Positions 35,772 through 47,443 are shown, numbered from the stretch's first letter. The stretch: DNA of 64,000 bases from Clostridia bacterium (GCA_017504205.1 JAFVRO010000022.1:35292-99291); one strand, 5' to 3'. Notes: a model not told the origin generated them from the sequence alone. Numbers and translations: made by a program.

Positions 35772-36389
35772 TTAACTGCGCATAATGCAATTATATATTT
35801 CTGCAACCTTCGCCTCTGCGGAATATATATCCGAGTTGTTTTCCACAACGTAGCTTGCGTGCGATATGTAAAATTCCATACTCGGTTGCGATTTAATGCG
35901 AGCCTCTGCGCGCTCACGACTTAATCCATCACGCTCCATAATGCGCTGAATACGTATATCTTCACTTGCAATCACTACTATAAGCTCATCACAATCTGTT
36001 AGAAATCCCGATTCGATAAGAAGCGGCGCATCAAAAACAACTCCCGAATATCCCATATCCTCATACTCGGAAATCAGTCTGCGAGCTTCCTTGATAACGA
36101 AGCCGTGAGTGATACAGTTCAACGTCTCAAGTCGCTCCTTTGCATCGGGCGCAAAAACAATGCTTGCCAAAGCCCTACGGTCAAGCTCACCGCTGGGGAG
36201 AATAACACCGTCACCGAATTCCCGCCGTATACTGTCAAGGCACCTTGATGGAGGTATGAGGAGGGAGTGATACACCTTGTCCGCATCAATTACCGCCCAT
36301 CCAAGCTTCGCAAGCTTTGAAGCTACTACACCCTTGCCCGCACCGCTGGGACCCGTCAGACCGATTATTTTGATATCAACTCTTCCCAT
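35772..36389 (-). CDS. coaE: Dephospho-CoA kinase
   Basis: P-loop IGLTGPSGAGKG. About 205 aa. Start trimmed to MGRVDIK, just after the upstream gene's stop. Confidence 0.85.
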   Translation of the reverse strand: MGRVDIKIIGLTGPSGAGKGVVASKLAKLGWAVIDADKVYHSLLIPPSRCLDSIRREFGDGVILPSGELDRRALASIVFAPDAKERLETLNCITHGFVIKEARRLISEYEDMGYSGVVFDAPLLIESGFLTDCDELIVVIASEDIRIQRIMERDGLSRERAEARIKSQPSMEFYISHASYVVENNSDIYSAEAKVAEIYNCIMRS

Positions 36390-36411
36390 AACGCGAATAC
36401 CTCCGTAAAAT

Positions 36412-37551
36412 TTAATGCTCGAAATTCCGTATCTTCTCGCATTTTCCATTTGCCGCAGATCTGTATGCGGCTTCGATAACGGCCTGAACATGCAAGGCGT
36501 CCCTGAATGATGGCGTAAATTTTTCGCCGCTTGCTACCGCACCGAGATAAGCTCCCATAGATCCAATATGACCGCGTACCCACCCTTGAGATGCTTTCAC
36601 TGCAGGAAAAGCAGGGGAGATACCGTAACGCTGAACGCATTCTATTCTCTTAAAGCCCCTGTCACCGCCAAAAGAATCGGACTTGTCAGCAGTATCGTAG
36701 AAATATATCCAATCCGGCTCCATAAGTGAGAATTTTATAGCTCCTTTAGTGCCGTATATACTGAAATTCAGATCGTCATTTGTTCCGGTAGCAAGCTTTG
36801 AGGCGGTGATGCTTCCACACGCACCGCATTTAAGACGCGCATTTATGTAAAACGCCTCGTCTGCATTTGTTTGCCATTCCTCTCCATTCTGACCGGGCCG
36901 CGTTGGAAACGCGATCTGCGCACGACCGAAAACACTCTCAAATTCACCGCATAAATAGTATATCAGATCAATAATGTGTGAGCCGAGGTCGTAAAGTACA
37001 CCCCCACCGTAATCCGAATTTTGCTTCCATCCGGCCTTCTTTTTCGTGTCAATCGCGGAATCGTGCAAATATTCTCCCGAGAATGAAATAATATCACCAA
37101 TACGCCCCTCGTCAATCAGCTGCTTTGCACGAATTATTGGAGACAAATGTCTGTTGTTGAAAACTATGCCGCATACCGTTCCTGTGCGCATGGATGCATG
37201 GTAAGCCTCCAACGCCTCGTCAACTGTCACGCATAGTGGCTTTTCGCAAAGCACATTCTTTCCTGCGGATAACGCCTCAAGAATGACCTCGTGGTGGAGA
37301 TAGTTCGGCGTGCATATATCGATCACGTCAATGCAGGGATCTGATATCATCTGATGAGCATCCTCATATATTTTTTTGAAGCCGTAGCGCTCAAGCACAT
37401 CCTTTGAATGCTCCAAGCTTGAGGTGCAAATGCCGTAAAGGCTTGCCTCAAATCCGCACCGCTCAAAATAATAGGGAAGTGAACTTACACAAAATGCATG
37501 GAGCTTTCCCATAGCCCCAAATCCAACAAGACCTATATTTATTGTTTTCAT
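36412..37551 (-). CDS. Gfo/Idh/MocA family oxidoreductase
   Basis: N-terminal Rossmann fold INIGLVGFGAMGKLHA and EKPL motif (VLCEKPLC). Confidence 0.75.
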   Translation of the reverse strand: MKTINIGLVGFGAMGKLHAFCVSSLPYYFERCGFEASLYGICTSSLEHSKDVLERYGFKKIYEDAHQMISDPCIDVIDICTPNYLHHEVILEALSAGKNVLCEKPLCVTVDEALEAYHASMRTGTVCGIVFNNRHLSPIIRAKQLIDEGRIGDIISFSGEYLHDSAIDTKKKAGWKQNSDYGGGVLYDLGSHIIDLIYYLCGEFESVFGRAQIAFPTRPGQNGEEWQTNADEAFYINARLKCGACGSITASKLATGTNDDLNFSIYGTKGAIKFSLMEPDWIYFYDTADKSDSFGGDRGFKRIECVQRYGISPAFPAVKASQGWVRGHIGSMGAYLGAVASGEKFTPSFRDALHVQAVIEAAYRSAANGKCEKIRNFEH

Positions 37552-37729
37552 GTTTTTATAAATGCCCATAAAAATGCCCCGGTTGAAAAAATATACTATA
37601 ATATAATATTATACCATACGTTTTTCAAAATTACAATAGCAAACCGCCACCTTTATGCAAAAAAGCAATGATACACAACGTAGTTATTTAACGGCATCAT
37701 ATATCTGACTGTTAAATTTGATTTTGCTG

Positions 37730-37758
37730 TTGACATTTATGCAATGAGATATTATAAT
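37730..37758 (+). promoter_or_regulatory. Consensus sigma-A promoter of the three-gene operon
   Basis: TTGACA (37730-37735), 17 nt, TATAAT (37753-37758). Confidence 0.65.
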
Positions 37759-37791
37759 TAAGTCAAATAAAATAACTTTTTACGGTGTAAT

Positions 37792-38808
37792 ATGAATAAC
37801 AATAGTATGACAATACACGAGCTGAATAGCATTATCTCCGATAGTACAGTGAAGGCGGATCTTGTTGCCGTTATCAGCTTTGACGTTAACGAGTGTCTTA
37901 TCAAAAAAGGACACATCAGGACGGAAATTATATCTTATTACCGTTCACAAAATGCACGCAGATCACGCAAACCGCTTTTGATGATGAAAAATGGGGATTG
38001 TCCTTTTCTGCGCCTCGGGCTAACGCCTGATGAGATATATTCGCTTGCGGTCGATGCACTAAGTGCAAATTCTCTTGCCGTGATAAATACGGAAAAAGGA
38101 TGCGCGGTACTGTCTCTCGGTCACCTTGCTCTCAACGGCTTTGCGATTATAGTTGTCCCCAATAAAAGATTTCAGCAACTTCTCCTGAAGCACTGCGAAA
38201 GAACCGAAAGAATATATCCACTCTCTGACGTTTTTATGGGAGTCAACAGAGAAATTGATGCATTTTTCAAGCTTACCGCTATAGCCCTGTCGGTTGGTAT
38301 AGATGAAAGCGATCTTATCAGCTCAGATTATATAAGATGTTCCGTACGCGCTCTGTGCGAGCTTATGGACTTCAGAGTAAGACTGAGATTTATCGACGAG
38401 GCGGATCAGTGCGGTGGTCTGTCAGCAAAACTGTTTTCAGCCTTATTGATAATTGCATCCGTGACTTCCTGCGAAAAAGGCGGTATACGGATACCGGACG
38501 TTGAGATCATCAGACATGAGGATATGTATCTTGCAAGATTTTACTTCCGTTTGTCTATCAGACCGAAGAGAACTGTAGATGATCTGATAAACGAGTCAAA
38601 CGGAATACGCGCGTTCAACAGAGTTTCCAAAGAAAGCGGAATAATGCTCAGGTCTACAATCAAGCATATAACGCCCAAACGCGTGGAGATTATGCTTGAT
38701 ACCTCGCTAGTACTTGCCAACAATGTGCCTGCGGGAGTTAAAAGAGCAAATTATGGGGATATGTGCAAATTATCTTCCATTCTCTGTTCAGACGGCGAAT
38801 CGCAGTGA
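37792..38808 (+). CDS. Hypothetical protein (338 aa), no recognisable motif
   Basis: Long ORF directly behind the consensus promoter. First gene of the operon with the 1745-aa ORF. Confidence 0.6.
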   Translation: MNNNSMTIHELNSIISDSTVKADLVAVISFDVNECLIKKGHIRTEIISYYRSQNARRSRKPLLMMKNGDCPFLRLGLTPDEIYSLAVDALSANSLAVINTEKGCAVLSLGHLALNGFAIIVVPNKRFQQLLLKHCERTERIYPLSDVFMGVNREIDAFFKLTAIALSVGIDESDLISSDYIRCSVRALCELMDFRVRLRFIDEADQCGGLSAKLFSALLIIASVTSCEKGGIRIPDVEIIRHEDMYLARFYFRLSIRPKRTVDDLINESNGIRAFNRVSKESGIMLRSTIKHITPKRVEIMLDTSLVLANNVPAGVKRANYGDMCKLSSILCSDGESQ

Positions 38809-38823
38809 TATGAGGAAATTTGT

Positions 38824-39258
38824 ATGAAAAAAAGAAATATTCAGATCTACGTTGCCATGAAGCACGCCGGTAATGTAACAAAAAGGGTAAAAGAATATCC
38901 GTTTATGCTCGGGAAAACACCGCGTACCCTCCGTGAACTGATTGAAGCGTCGGTTAATTCATGCATAGATGTATATAAAGCGCGAGCCATAAGTGCCAAA
39001 AGTCCGGTTCCGATTACGGACGAGCAGTATGAATGTATGCGCGAAATAGGCAAATTCGCGTTCGGCGTGCATTACAACGAAAACGTGATAGACGAGAATG
39101 AAGCTATTAAAACGGCGATTGATGCGGTTGCGGACGGACTTGTGCGCGTGTTCAAGGGTAACGTCGAAATTACAGATCTCGATGCCGAGATCGACATATC
39201 CGAGGACGATGTCTTTACGTTCGTAAGACTCACAATGCTTTCGGGCAGAATGTGGTAA
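38824..39258 (+). CDS. Hypothetical protein (144 aa), acidic C-terminal half
   Basis: RBS gagga. 15-nt gap from the upstream gene and 13-nt gap to the downstream gene. Confidence 0.6.
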   Translation: MKKRNIQIYVAMKHAGNVTKRVKEYPFMLGKTPRTLRELIEASVNSCIDVYKARAISAKSPVPITDEQYECMREIGKFAFGVHYNENVIDENEAIKTAIDAVADGLVRVFKGNVEITDLDAEIDISEDDVFTFVRLTMLSGRMW

Positions 39259-39271
39259 AGGAGGATGCAGA

Positions 39272-42200
39272 ATGGCAGATAAGCACGAAGAAGCCGCAAG
39301 AAAAAAAGCACTTGCCGCTAAATATGCAGATATCGCGCGCAAGCATGAGGAAACACTAAAAGAGCGCTTGAGCAATGCGCAATATGATTTTTTCAGAAAC
39401 CAAGGGCATTCCGTTGATCAGACAATATATTCAGAACTTGTTACGGCAATGAGAGATCCGAGCACAGTTCCCTCGGAATACGTATCAAAGAAATTGGGAT
39501 GGCTTTTTGACTTGGCAATTCCAATCCGCGAAAAGGATGTTATTCTATATTTTGCAGATAGACTACAAGAATATCCTTACTCGGATTCTTACGGCAGAAG
39601 ATCGTTCAGAGCAAAAGGAAACGGCGCATACGCATCTAAACTTGCGTATATTATTCGTGGGTACGGCTCGTCCTATATGAATCTGATTGACGAACCGATT
39701 GAAAAGGTTCTGAACAGAGAGCTTCCCGAAGAAGCCCAAGCCTTTCTTGATGAATATTCATGGCGCGGATGCGGATACACGGGTTGGCAGGTAGCATACG
39801 CGCTTGACCATCAAAACAGCAAGGTGGAAGAAGCAGTTCGTCGCATTCTGACCGAAGAAAACGGTTCGGGAATGATGACAAACGAGCTTGTGCGCGGTGT
39901 TCTTTTCAGCCACAGAGCTGATTTTCACGACCTTCTCGGAAAGCTGCTTCTTGCCGCAAGACTTCAAGAGGGACTCCGTCAAGTCATCTGCGAAAATGCA
40001 GACTACGGTACAAAGGCTGGCTTTCTCACCATATTGAAGGTAATTGCCGACAATAACCTGATCCGCTTTTCGTCCGTTAAACGCGCCGTTGGCACTTGGC
40101 TCGGTATCTTGACGGAAGAATCCCGCGACCTTGAACGTGTCAGCGAAAAGAGCGTGCGTCTGATTATCGATTGCCTTGAAAACGAAAGCGTTCGGGGTGA
40201 ATGTCTTGCATCCGAGGATGCGATGAAGATATATATCGCCCTTTGGAGCTACGGTCTTGATGATATTGACGATGCCGTTCAAAAAATCGTGGATATCGCA
40301 GATAACGGTTCTATCCATCAGTTACTCGTGGCGGGGTATTTTGCCGCAAATCTCGATCTGCCTTATATATCAAATCAGATCGCAAAGATCGTATTGAAGC
40401 AGCATTATGATAAAGACGAAGTTCTTGCCGTATGGCTTCCGTGCTTTATGCCCACAAGAGCATCTGCTTTGTGGAATGCTGTGAGATATGACAAGGATAT
40501 CGAATACAAGACTTGGTTTGATAGTAGGGCAGAGATACACGAACATTATCTTCTTATCAAAAAGCTGTTTTCCGCTTTCTCCGGAAAGACCAAGACCTTT
40601 TCACCTTGCGTTTTCCCGTGGTATGAAGCAACGATCAAAAAGAGCGACTTTGCTGAAATTCTTTGCACCTTGGCGGCACTGTCGGGCGATAATGAAAAGA
40701 TTGATGAAGCTTGTGATCTTATCAAAGAATGTAATTCCGATCAAAGACAGTATTATTTTTCCGTCCTCCTTCGTAACCCCAAGACTCCGATTCAACGAAA
40801 AACTGCGCTTGAAGTTATTGTGGATAGAGAAACATACACACGCAAAGCAGCTTACGACATTGTTTCAAAGATAACGCTGTCGTCTGATGAATATCGCTCA
40901 ATTGAGGATTATTTGCGCTTCAAGGGTGCGGATATCCGTAAATATGTAATAGAGTTTTTGCTGAAGCAAAACGATGGCGAGCTTACTGCGTGCATTGAGC
41001 GACTTCTTGGAAGTAATAAGGAAGAAGTGCGCCTTGGCGGACTTGATATGCTGTTGCAGCTTAAAAAGGATGCAAACCGTAGCAAGATCACTGAATCCTT
41101 TGCAAGTGTTCTTTCCGAAAGAGCAAAAGCGGATAATCTTCCGTCAAAGGAAAAGATATTGCTTGACTCGCTCGTTCCTGCCGTAGAGGAATCGAAGATG
41201 GACGAGGTCGCATTGTTTAGTGCAGAGGACAAATATCTGCCCACGGAATTTGACGTGGAGTATATAGATCTCTGCGCAAAGACCTTTGCGGAATACTTCC
41301 CAGAATCGAAATTGCCGGAGCTGATTCGTGGCAAAAAATGCGGATTTAACATTTTTGGAAAGATCAAATCGGCGTTGACCGATAACGTTGCCTGCAAGTC
41401 TTCTATTGTTGCAGCAATAGACATTATGTCACTCTCAAAGCTTATTGATGAGCATAAAGGAGATTCGTTCGTAAATTCGTGGGGTGAAACTGAACTTTTT
41501 GGAAACGTACCACCGTATTCACCACGTCTAAAAGACAAAGACGGAAAATTCGTATTTGCAGAGCTTTGGGACGAATGGAAGAAGACAAATGGGATAACAA
41601 ATGTACGCCTTGTTCGTGCACTCGTTCTTTTCAAAGCATACAGACAAAAAACGCGCTTTTCCGAATCTTGTGAAGAAATGATAAGAACCGTATTCGGAAC
41701 AGGCTTTGAGCGTGGCGAAAATCTCCCTTATCCCGCTATTATAAGTATGATTCTAATTCATATGCTTGACTGTGTGCCAAAAGAAGAACTCACAAAGCTT
41801 GCATCGGCAATTGCAATGTGGTTTATCGCGTGTGTCCCCGATGATATGGTGATGATTCACGCTCCCACACAGCAAAAGTTGCCCGCTCAGCTTGAGATGG
41901 CTCATTTGCTTGCACACGAGCAGCTGAGTCTTGTTTACGGATGGCTGAACTGTAAAAATGCCGCTGATCTCAAAAATACATTCCCGCTTGCGGTGGCTTC
42001 TGCCGAACGTTGTGTTGCGGCTTTTAAGAAGATTCCCAAGGAAGAAACGAAAATCGGTCATTCTTATTATTACGTTGGCAATTCACGCACCCGTGTTCTG
42101 CACGAGCCGTATGAGGCTATGTACAGTGCTAATAACCCCCTTGTTGGCGTAAACGTATATTTGTTTGCGGCTTATCAAGGTATTATTACAGAGGCTCAGT

Positions 42201-44509
42201 TATTTGAATTCTTACTTGATGTCGATAATCTCCGCGAATCGATGGAAACCGTAACCGCTGTTGCAACGACCTATTATGAAAAGGGCAAACAGATCTCTGC
42301 TCACGATTCCTGTAAGGGAATCCGCAATGCGCGTAAGGCGAAGGAGTTCCTTGGCAAAGAGGATGAACCGAATACAGAGGATATGAAGCTCATCGAGTAC
42401 GTTGCTCATATTTACGAAACTGTTATTCCCGTAGTGCTTGCCTCCGAGCTCAGTCGTGGCGATAGCCCTGCAACCTATACCAAGGGTATTCACGGCATTG
42501 CGCGTATTTACGGCGCGAAGTATCTCTCGGAGATATTGTCTGCAATGGGTAACGATACCCTCGACAGAACCGCATATTACGGTTGGGGCGAAGCCGTTGA
42601 CCGCAAAGGCTCGCTTTCCTACCTTCTTTCTGTATGTATTCCGTCAGATGATGATTCAGTAGACACGCTCCGTGAGGCTCTTACAGGAAAGAAGATCACT
42701 ACCAAGCGTTTGATCGAAGCGGCATTGTTCTCCCCCGAGTGGATACCGATTATCGGCAAATATCTTGAGATCGATTCCTTTGAATCTGTGTGCTATTACT
42801 TTATGGCGCATATGAACGAAAGGTTCGACGATAAGCGCAAGGCAATGATCGCAAGATTTACACCTCTCTCGGACGATGAATTAAATCTCGGCGCGTTTGA
42901 TGTGAATTGGTTCCGCAGTGCATACGATTCTATCGGAGAAAAGGAATTTGATCTGATCTACGATGCCGCCAAGTATATCTCCGACGGCGCAAAGCATTCT
43001 CGCGCGAGAAAGTATGCGGATGCGACACTTGGTAAATTTGATGTAGATGAAACCGAAAAGGCTGTTTCCGATAAAAGAAACAAAGACCTTCTGATGGCAT
43101 ACGCCCTTATACCGCTTAATGGGGAAGAAGATCTTTGCCGCCGTTATCTCTATATTCAACGATTCCGCAAGGAAAGCCGTCAGTTCGGTTCACAGCGCGT
43201 AGCAAGCGAAGGCAAGGCGGTTGAAATGGCTCTCACCAATCTCGCAATCAATGCGGGCTATTCAGACTCTATGCGTCTTACCCTGCGTATGGAAACCAAG
43301 GTGATCGACGATAGCAGAATGCTCCTTGAAGAACAGATCATCGATGGTGTATCATTGAAGATCACGCTTGATGAAAACGGCAAGGCATCTCTCGTTTGCG
43401 CAAAGGATGGCAAGACGCTCAAGAGCGTTCCCGCAAAACTGAAAAAGAACGAAACGGTTGTGGCTCTTACCGATATGGTGAAGACGCTCACCGAACAGTA
43501 CAGACGCACAAGAGTGATGCTTGAAAGAGCAATGGAAGACAGCACCACCTTTACCTTTGGTGAGCTTTCGGCTTTGTCTGCACATCCCGTGGTTTATCCG
43601 ATGCTAAAAAGTCTTGTACTGATCAGCGGAGATGCCATAGGTTTCCTTGACGATAAAGGGCTTCGTACCGATGCAGGAGAAATACTGGCTCTCAATGATA
43701 GCGCTGAAATTAAAATCGCTCATCCCTTCGATCTTTACAGTAAAGGCTGTTGGAGAGCATATCAGAAGTATCTCTTTGAAAACAAGATCGCACAGTCCTT
43801 CCGTCAAGTATTCCGCGAACTGTATATCAAGACGGCAGAAGAAATGGCTATGCTTCACTCTCTCAGATATGCCGGCAATCAGATACAGCCTGCTAAAACG
43901 GTCGGCGCACTTAAGAGTCGCCGTTGGGTAGCGGATATTGAGGACGGTCTGCAAAAGGTATATTACAAAGAGAATATCGTAGCACAGATATATGCGATTG
44001 CCGATTGGTTCTCACCTGCGGATATTGAAGCTCCAACGCTTGAATGGGTCTGCTTTACCAATCGAAAGACAGGAGAGGAAATCAAGATCGCGGATATTCC
44101 CGATATTGTATTCTCGGAGGTTATGCGTGACGTAGATCTCGCGGTCAGCGTAGCACATGCCGGCGGTGTCGATCCCGAAACAAGCCACTCCACAATGGAA
44201 ATGCGCGCCGCTATCATTTCCTTCGTTCTGCCCATGTTCCGCATAGCAAACGTAAAAGTGGAAGGACACCACGCTATCGTGGAAGGCAAGCTTGCAGAGT
44301 ATTCGATCCACCTCGGAAGCGGCGTTGTGCATCAGATTGGCGGAGCAATGATTCCCGTCCTGCCCGTACATTCACAGCATAGAGGAAAGATATTCCTGCC
44401 TTTTGTGGATGACGATCCCAAAACAGCCGAGATCATATCCAAGGTTCTTCTGTTCGCAGAGAATGATAAAATTAAAGATCCGATGATACTGTCAAATATT
44501 ATCAAATAA
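39272..44509 (+). CDS. Giant 1745-aa protein: helical-repeat body plus a DUF4132-like C-terminal region (function unknown)
   Basis: RBS aaggagg. HEAT-like segments such as EEVRLGGLDMLLQLKKD. The C-terminal FRQVFRELYIKT...STMEMRAAII...YSIHLGSGVVH resembles, from memory, the YehH(MolR)/YehI DUF4132 family. Confidence 0.6.
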   Translation: MADKHEEAARKKALAAKYADIARKHEETLKERLSNAQYDFFRNQGHSVDQTIYSELVTAMRDPSTVPSEYVSKKLGWLFDLAIPIREKDVILYFADRLQEYPYSDSYGRRSFRAKGNGAYASKLAYIIRGYGSSYMNLIDEPIEKVLNRELPEEAQAFLDEYSWRGCGYTGWQVAYALDHQNSKVEEAVRRILTEENGSGMMTNELVRGVLFSHRADFHDLLGKLLLAARLQEGLRQVICENADYGTKAGFLTILKVIADNNLIRFSSVKRAVGTWLGILTEESRDLERVSEKSVRLIIDCLENESVRGECLASEDAMKIYIALWSYGLDDIDDAVQKIVDIADNGSIHQLLVAGYFAANLDLPYISNQIAKIVLKQHYDKDEVLAVWLPCFMPTRASALWNAVRYDKDIEYKTWFDSRAEIHEHYLLIKKLFSAFSGKTKTFSPCVFPWYEATIKKSDFAEILCTLAALSGDNEKIDEACDLIKECNSDQRQYYFSVLLRNPKTPIQRKTALEVIVDRETYTRKAAYDIVSKITLSSDEYRSIEDYLRFKGADIRKYVIEFLLKQNDGELTACIERLLGSNKEEVRLGGLDMLLQLKKDANRSKITESFASVLSERAKADNLPSKEKILLDSLVPAVEESKMDEVALFSAEDKYLPTEFDVEYIDLCAKTFAEYFPESKLPELIRGKKCGFNIFGKIKSALTDNVACKSSIVAAIDIMSLSKLIDEHKGDSFVNSWGETELFGNVPPYSPRLKDKDGKFVFAELWDEWKKTNGITNVRLVRALVLFKAYRQKTRFSESCEEMIRTVFGTGFERGENLPYPAIISMILIHMLDCVPKEELTKLASAIAMWFIACVPDDMVMIHAPTQQKLPAQLEMAHLLAHEQLSLVYGWLNCKNAADLKNTFPLAVASAERCVAAFKKIPKEETKIGHSYYYVGNSRTRVLHEPYEAMYSANNPLVGVNVYLFAAYQGIITEAQLFEFLLDVDNLRESMETVTAVATTYYEKGKQISAHDSCKGIRNARKAKEFLGKEDEPNTEDMKLIEYVAHIYETVIPVVLASELSRGDSPATYTKGIHGIARIYGAKYLSEILSAMGNDTLDRTAYYGWGEAVDRKGSLSYLLSVCIPSDDDSVDTLREALTGKKITTKRLIEAALFSPEWIPIIGKYLEIDSFESVCYYFMAHMNERFDDKRKAMIARFTPLSDDELNLGAFDVNWFRSAYDSIGEKEFDLIYDAAKYISDGAKHSRARKYADATLGKFDVDETEKAVSDKRNKDLLMAYALIPLNGEEDLCRRYLYIQRFRKESRQFGSQRVASEGKAVEMALTNLAINAGYSDSMRLTLRMETKVIDDSRMLLEEQIIDGVSLKITLDENGKASLVCAKDGKTLKSVPAKLKKNETVVALTDMVKTLTEQYRRTRVMLERAMEDSTTFTFGELSALSAHPVVYPMLKSLVLISGDAIGFLDDKGLRTDAGEILALNDSAEIKIAHPFDLYSKGCWRAYQKYLFENKIAQSFRQVFRELYIKTAEEMAMLHSLRYAGNQIQPAKTVGALKSRRWVADIEDGLQKVYYKENIVAQIYAIADWFSPADIEAPTLEWVCFTNRKTGEEIKIADIPDIVFSEVMRDVDLAVSVAHAGGVDPETSHSTMEMRAAIISFVLPMFRIANVKVEGHHAIVEGKLAEYSIHLGSGVVHQIGGAMIPVLPVHSQHRGKIFLPFVDDDPKTAEIISKVLLFAENDKIKDPMILSNIIK

Positions 44510-44513
44510 AACA

Positions 44514-44549
44514 AAAGGGGCTGTCACACGCAAGTGCGACAGCCCCTTT
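44514..44549. terminator. Bidirectional hairpin terminator between the giant ORF and gdhA
   Basis: aaaggggctgtcacac-gcaa-gtgcgacagccccttt, flanked by an A-run and a T-run. Confidence 0.8.
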
Positions 44550-44595
44550 ACCGTTTACTTATTCTGCGCTGTAACGCAAAACAACTTAAACTATA

Positions 44596-45951
<1,356 letters not shown>

Positions 45952-45995
45952 TTACCTCCAAAATAGATATAAAATAACCTTTTCGTTACAATGAT

Positions 45996-46024
45996 ATTAT
46001 ACACAAAAATGGTGCGTGTGTCAA
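45996..46024 (-). promoter_or_regulatory. Sigma-A type promoter of gdhA
   Basis: The minus strand reads TTGACA, 17 nt, TATAAT. Confidence 0.6.
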
Positions 46025-46120
46025 CTGTTTTTGCAAAAAATATGATATTTCAGTGCATAAATGCAACTAAAATGCAAAATTATGCAATGTGATGCTTCAA
46101 AAAAATCAAATTTATAATTA

Positions 46121-47254
46121 TCAGAGCATCCTGAGTCTGCTTACGGCTCCGACGCCCTCACCCGTGAATGCATCTGCTTCACGCTCGGTTACTTTTTTAA
46201 GAGATCCGTCTGTAAATCTGTATACTACCTCACAGACATATTCCTCAAACGGATATACACATTCTGCATCTGCAGATGTGATGCTACACGGCGCGGTTGC
46301 ACTTTCTCCGTTCATTGCCGCATCAATTATGTCCGCAACCACCGCACTTGCAGTGGGCAACTTTCCGGCTCCTCGTCCGTAAAACATTGCGCGTCCAAGC
46401 ATATCCGTGTCTACCGATATACCGTTGAAAACGCCACAAACACCGTGGAGAGGATCTCTTTCGCTGACAAGTCTCGGGGTAACCGCAATGAATATGCGTC
46501 CGTCGATCTCACAGGTGTGACCTATCAGCTTTATTGCACATCCAAGGGATTTCGCCGCCTCAATGTCAGCCGTGGTGATCTTGGTGATGCCTTCTGTATG
46601 CACCATTGAAACAGGTATCATTTTACCGTATGCAAGAGATGCAAGTATTGCGATCTTTCTTGCCGCATCAGTGCCCTCTATATCGGCGGCAGGATTTGCT
46701 TCCGCATAACCCTTAGCCTGCGCATCCTTTAGTGTTTCGGAAAAATCTGCTCCGAACTCCGACATCTGAGTAAGAATGTAGTTGGTCGTTCCGTTAAGAA
46801 TGCCGCTGACGGATATTATTCTGTTTTGTGCAAGATCGTTTATCATCGGCCTGATTATCGGAATGCCTCCGCCAACACTTGCCTCAAATAAATAGCAAAC
46901 ACCGTTTTCGCGTGCGATCTGCAAAAGCTCAACGCCAAAATTCGCAACGACCTCCTTATTGGACGTTACAACGTGCTTTCCCTCCATTAAAGCTGCCTTT
47001 GAAAAATCATACGCGGGATGAGATCCGCCCATCATCTCGGCAACCAGATCGATTTCCGGGTCATTCAGGATGACACTGTAATCGTGAACAACTCTGTCAC
47101 CGTACGGATGATCGGGAAAATCTCTCAAATCAAGTATATACTTGATGTTGATCCTGTCGCCAACTCTTTTTTCAATGATAGAGGCGTTTTGTGTAAGCAC
47201 TTCATAAGTTCCTTGTCCTACAGTACCAAATCCGAGAATAGCTATGTTGAACAT
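46121..47254 (-). CDS. hom: Homoserine dehydrogenase (with C-terminal ACT-like domain)
   Basis: IAILGFGTVGQG NAD fold and EASVGGGIPII block. Start trimmed to MFNIAIL behind RBS aggagg. Confidence 0.85.
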   Translation of the reverse strand: MFNIAILGFGTVGQGTYEVLTQNASIIEKRVGDRINIKYILDLRDFPDHPYGDRVVHDYSVILNDPEIDLVAEMMGGSHPAYDFSKAALMEGKHVVTSNKEVVANFGVELLQIARENGVCYLFEASVGGGIPIIRPMINDLAQNRIISVSGILNGTTNYILTQMSEFGADFSETLKDAQAKGYAEANPAADIEGTDAARKIAILASLAYGKMIPVSMVHTEGITKITTADIEAAKSLGCAIKLIGHTCEIDGRIFIAVTPRLVSERDPLHGVCGVFNGISVDTDMLGRAMFYGRGAGKLPTASAVVADIIDAAMNGESATAPCSITSADAECVYPFEEYVCEVVYRFTDGSLKKVTEREADAFTGEGVGAVSRLRML

Positions 47255-47443
47255 GATTTTGACCTCCTGCCGACCGAGATGGCCCCGGTCGAATGAATTA
47301 TTGAATAATGATTTAATATTATAGCATATTTTTTGAGATAAATCAAATATTATATTGAAAAAAATAAAAAAATGTGGTATAGTATATATGAAAGTGTTAA
47401 AAACTCCGTTTTTTAGCCAATTTTCCATATATGGAGGTCGTAA

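Noticed and set aside
39758-41634. Antisense ORFs of 186 aa and 241 aa inside the 1745-aa gene.
   Set aside because: They are fully nested antisense to a long, well-supported ORF. They have no RBS and no recognisable motifs, and are typical shadow ORFs.
46121-47428. 58-codon N-terminal extension of homoserine dehydrogenase in the track ORF.
   Set aside because: The extension is AT-rich, hydrophobic and low-complexity, and it covers the divergent promoter region. The conserved NAD fold begins right after the ATG at 47254, which has an AGGAGG RBS.
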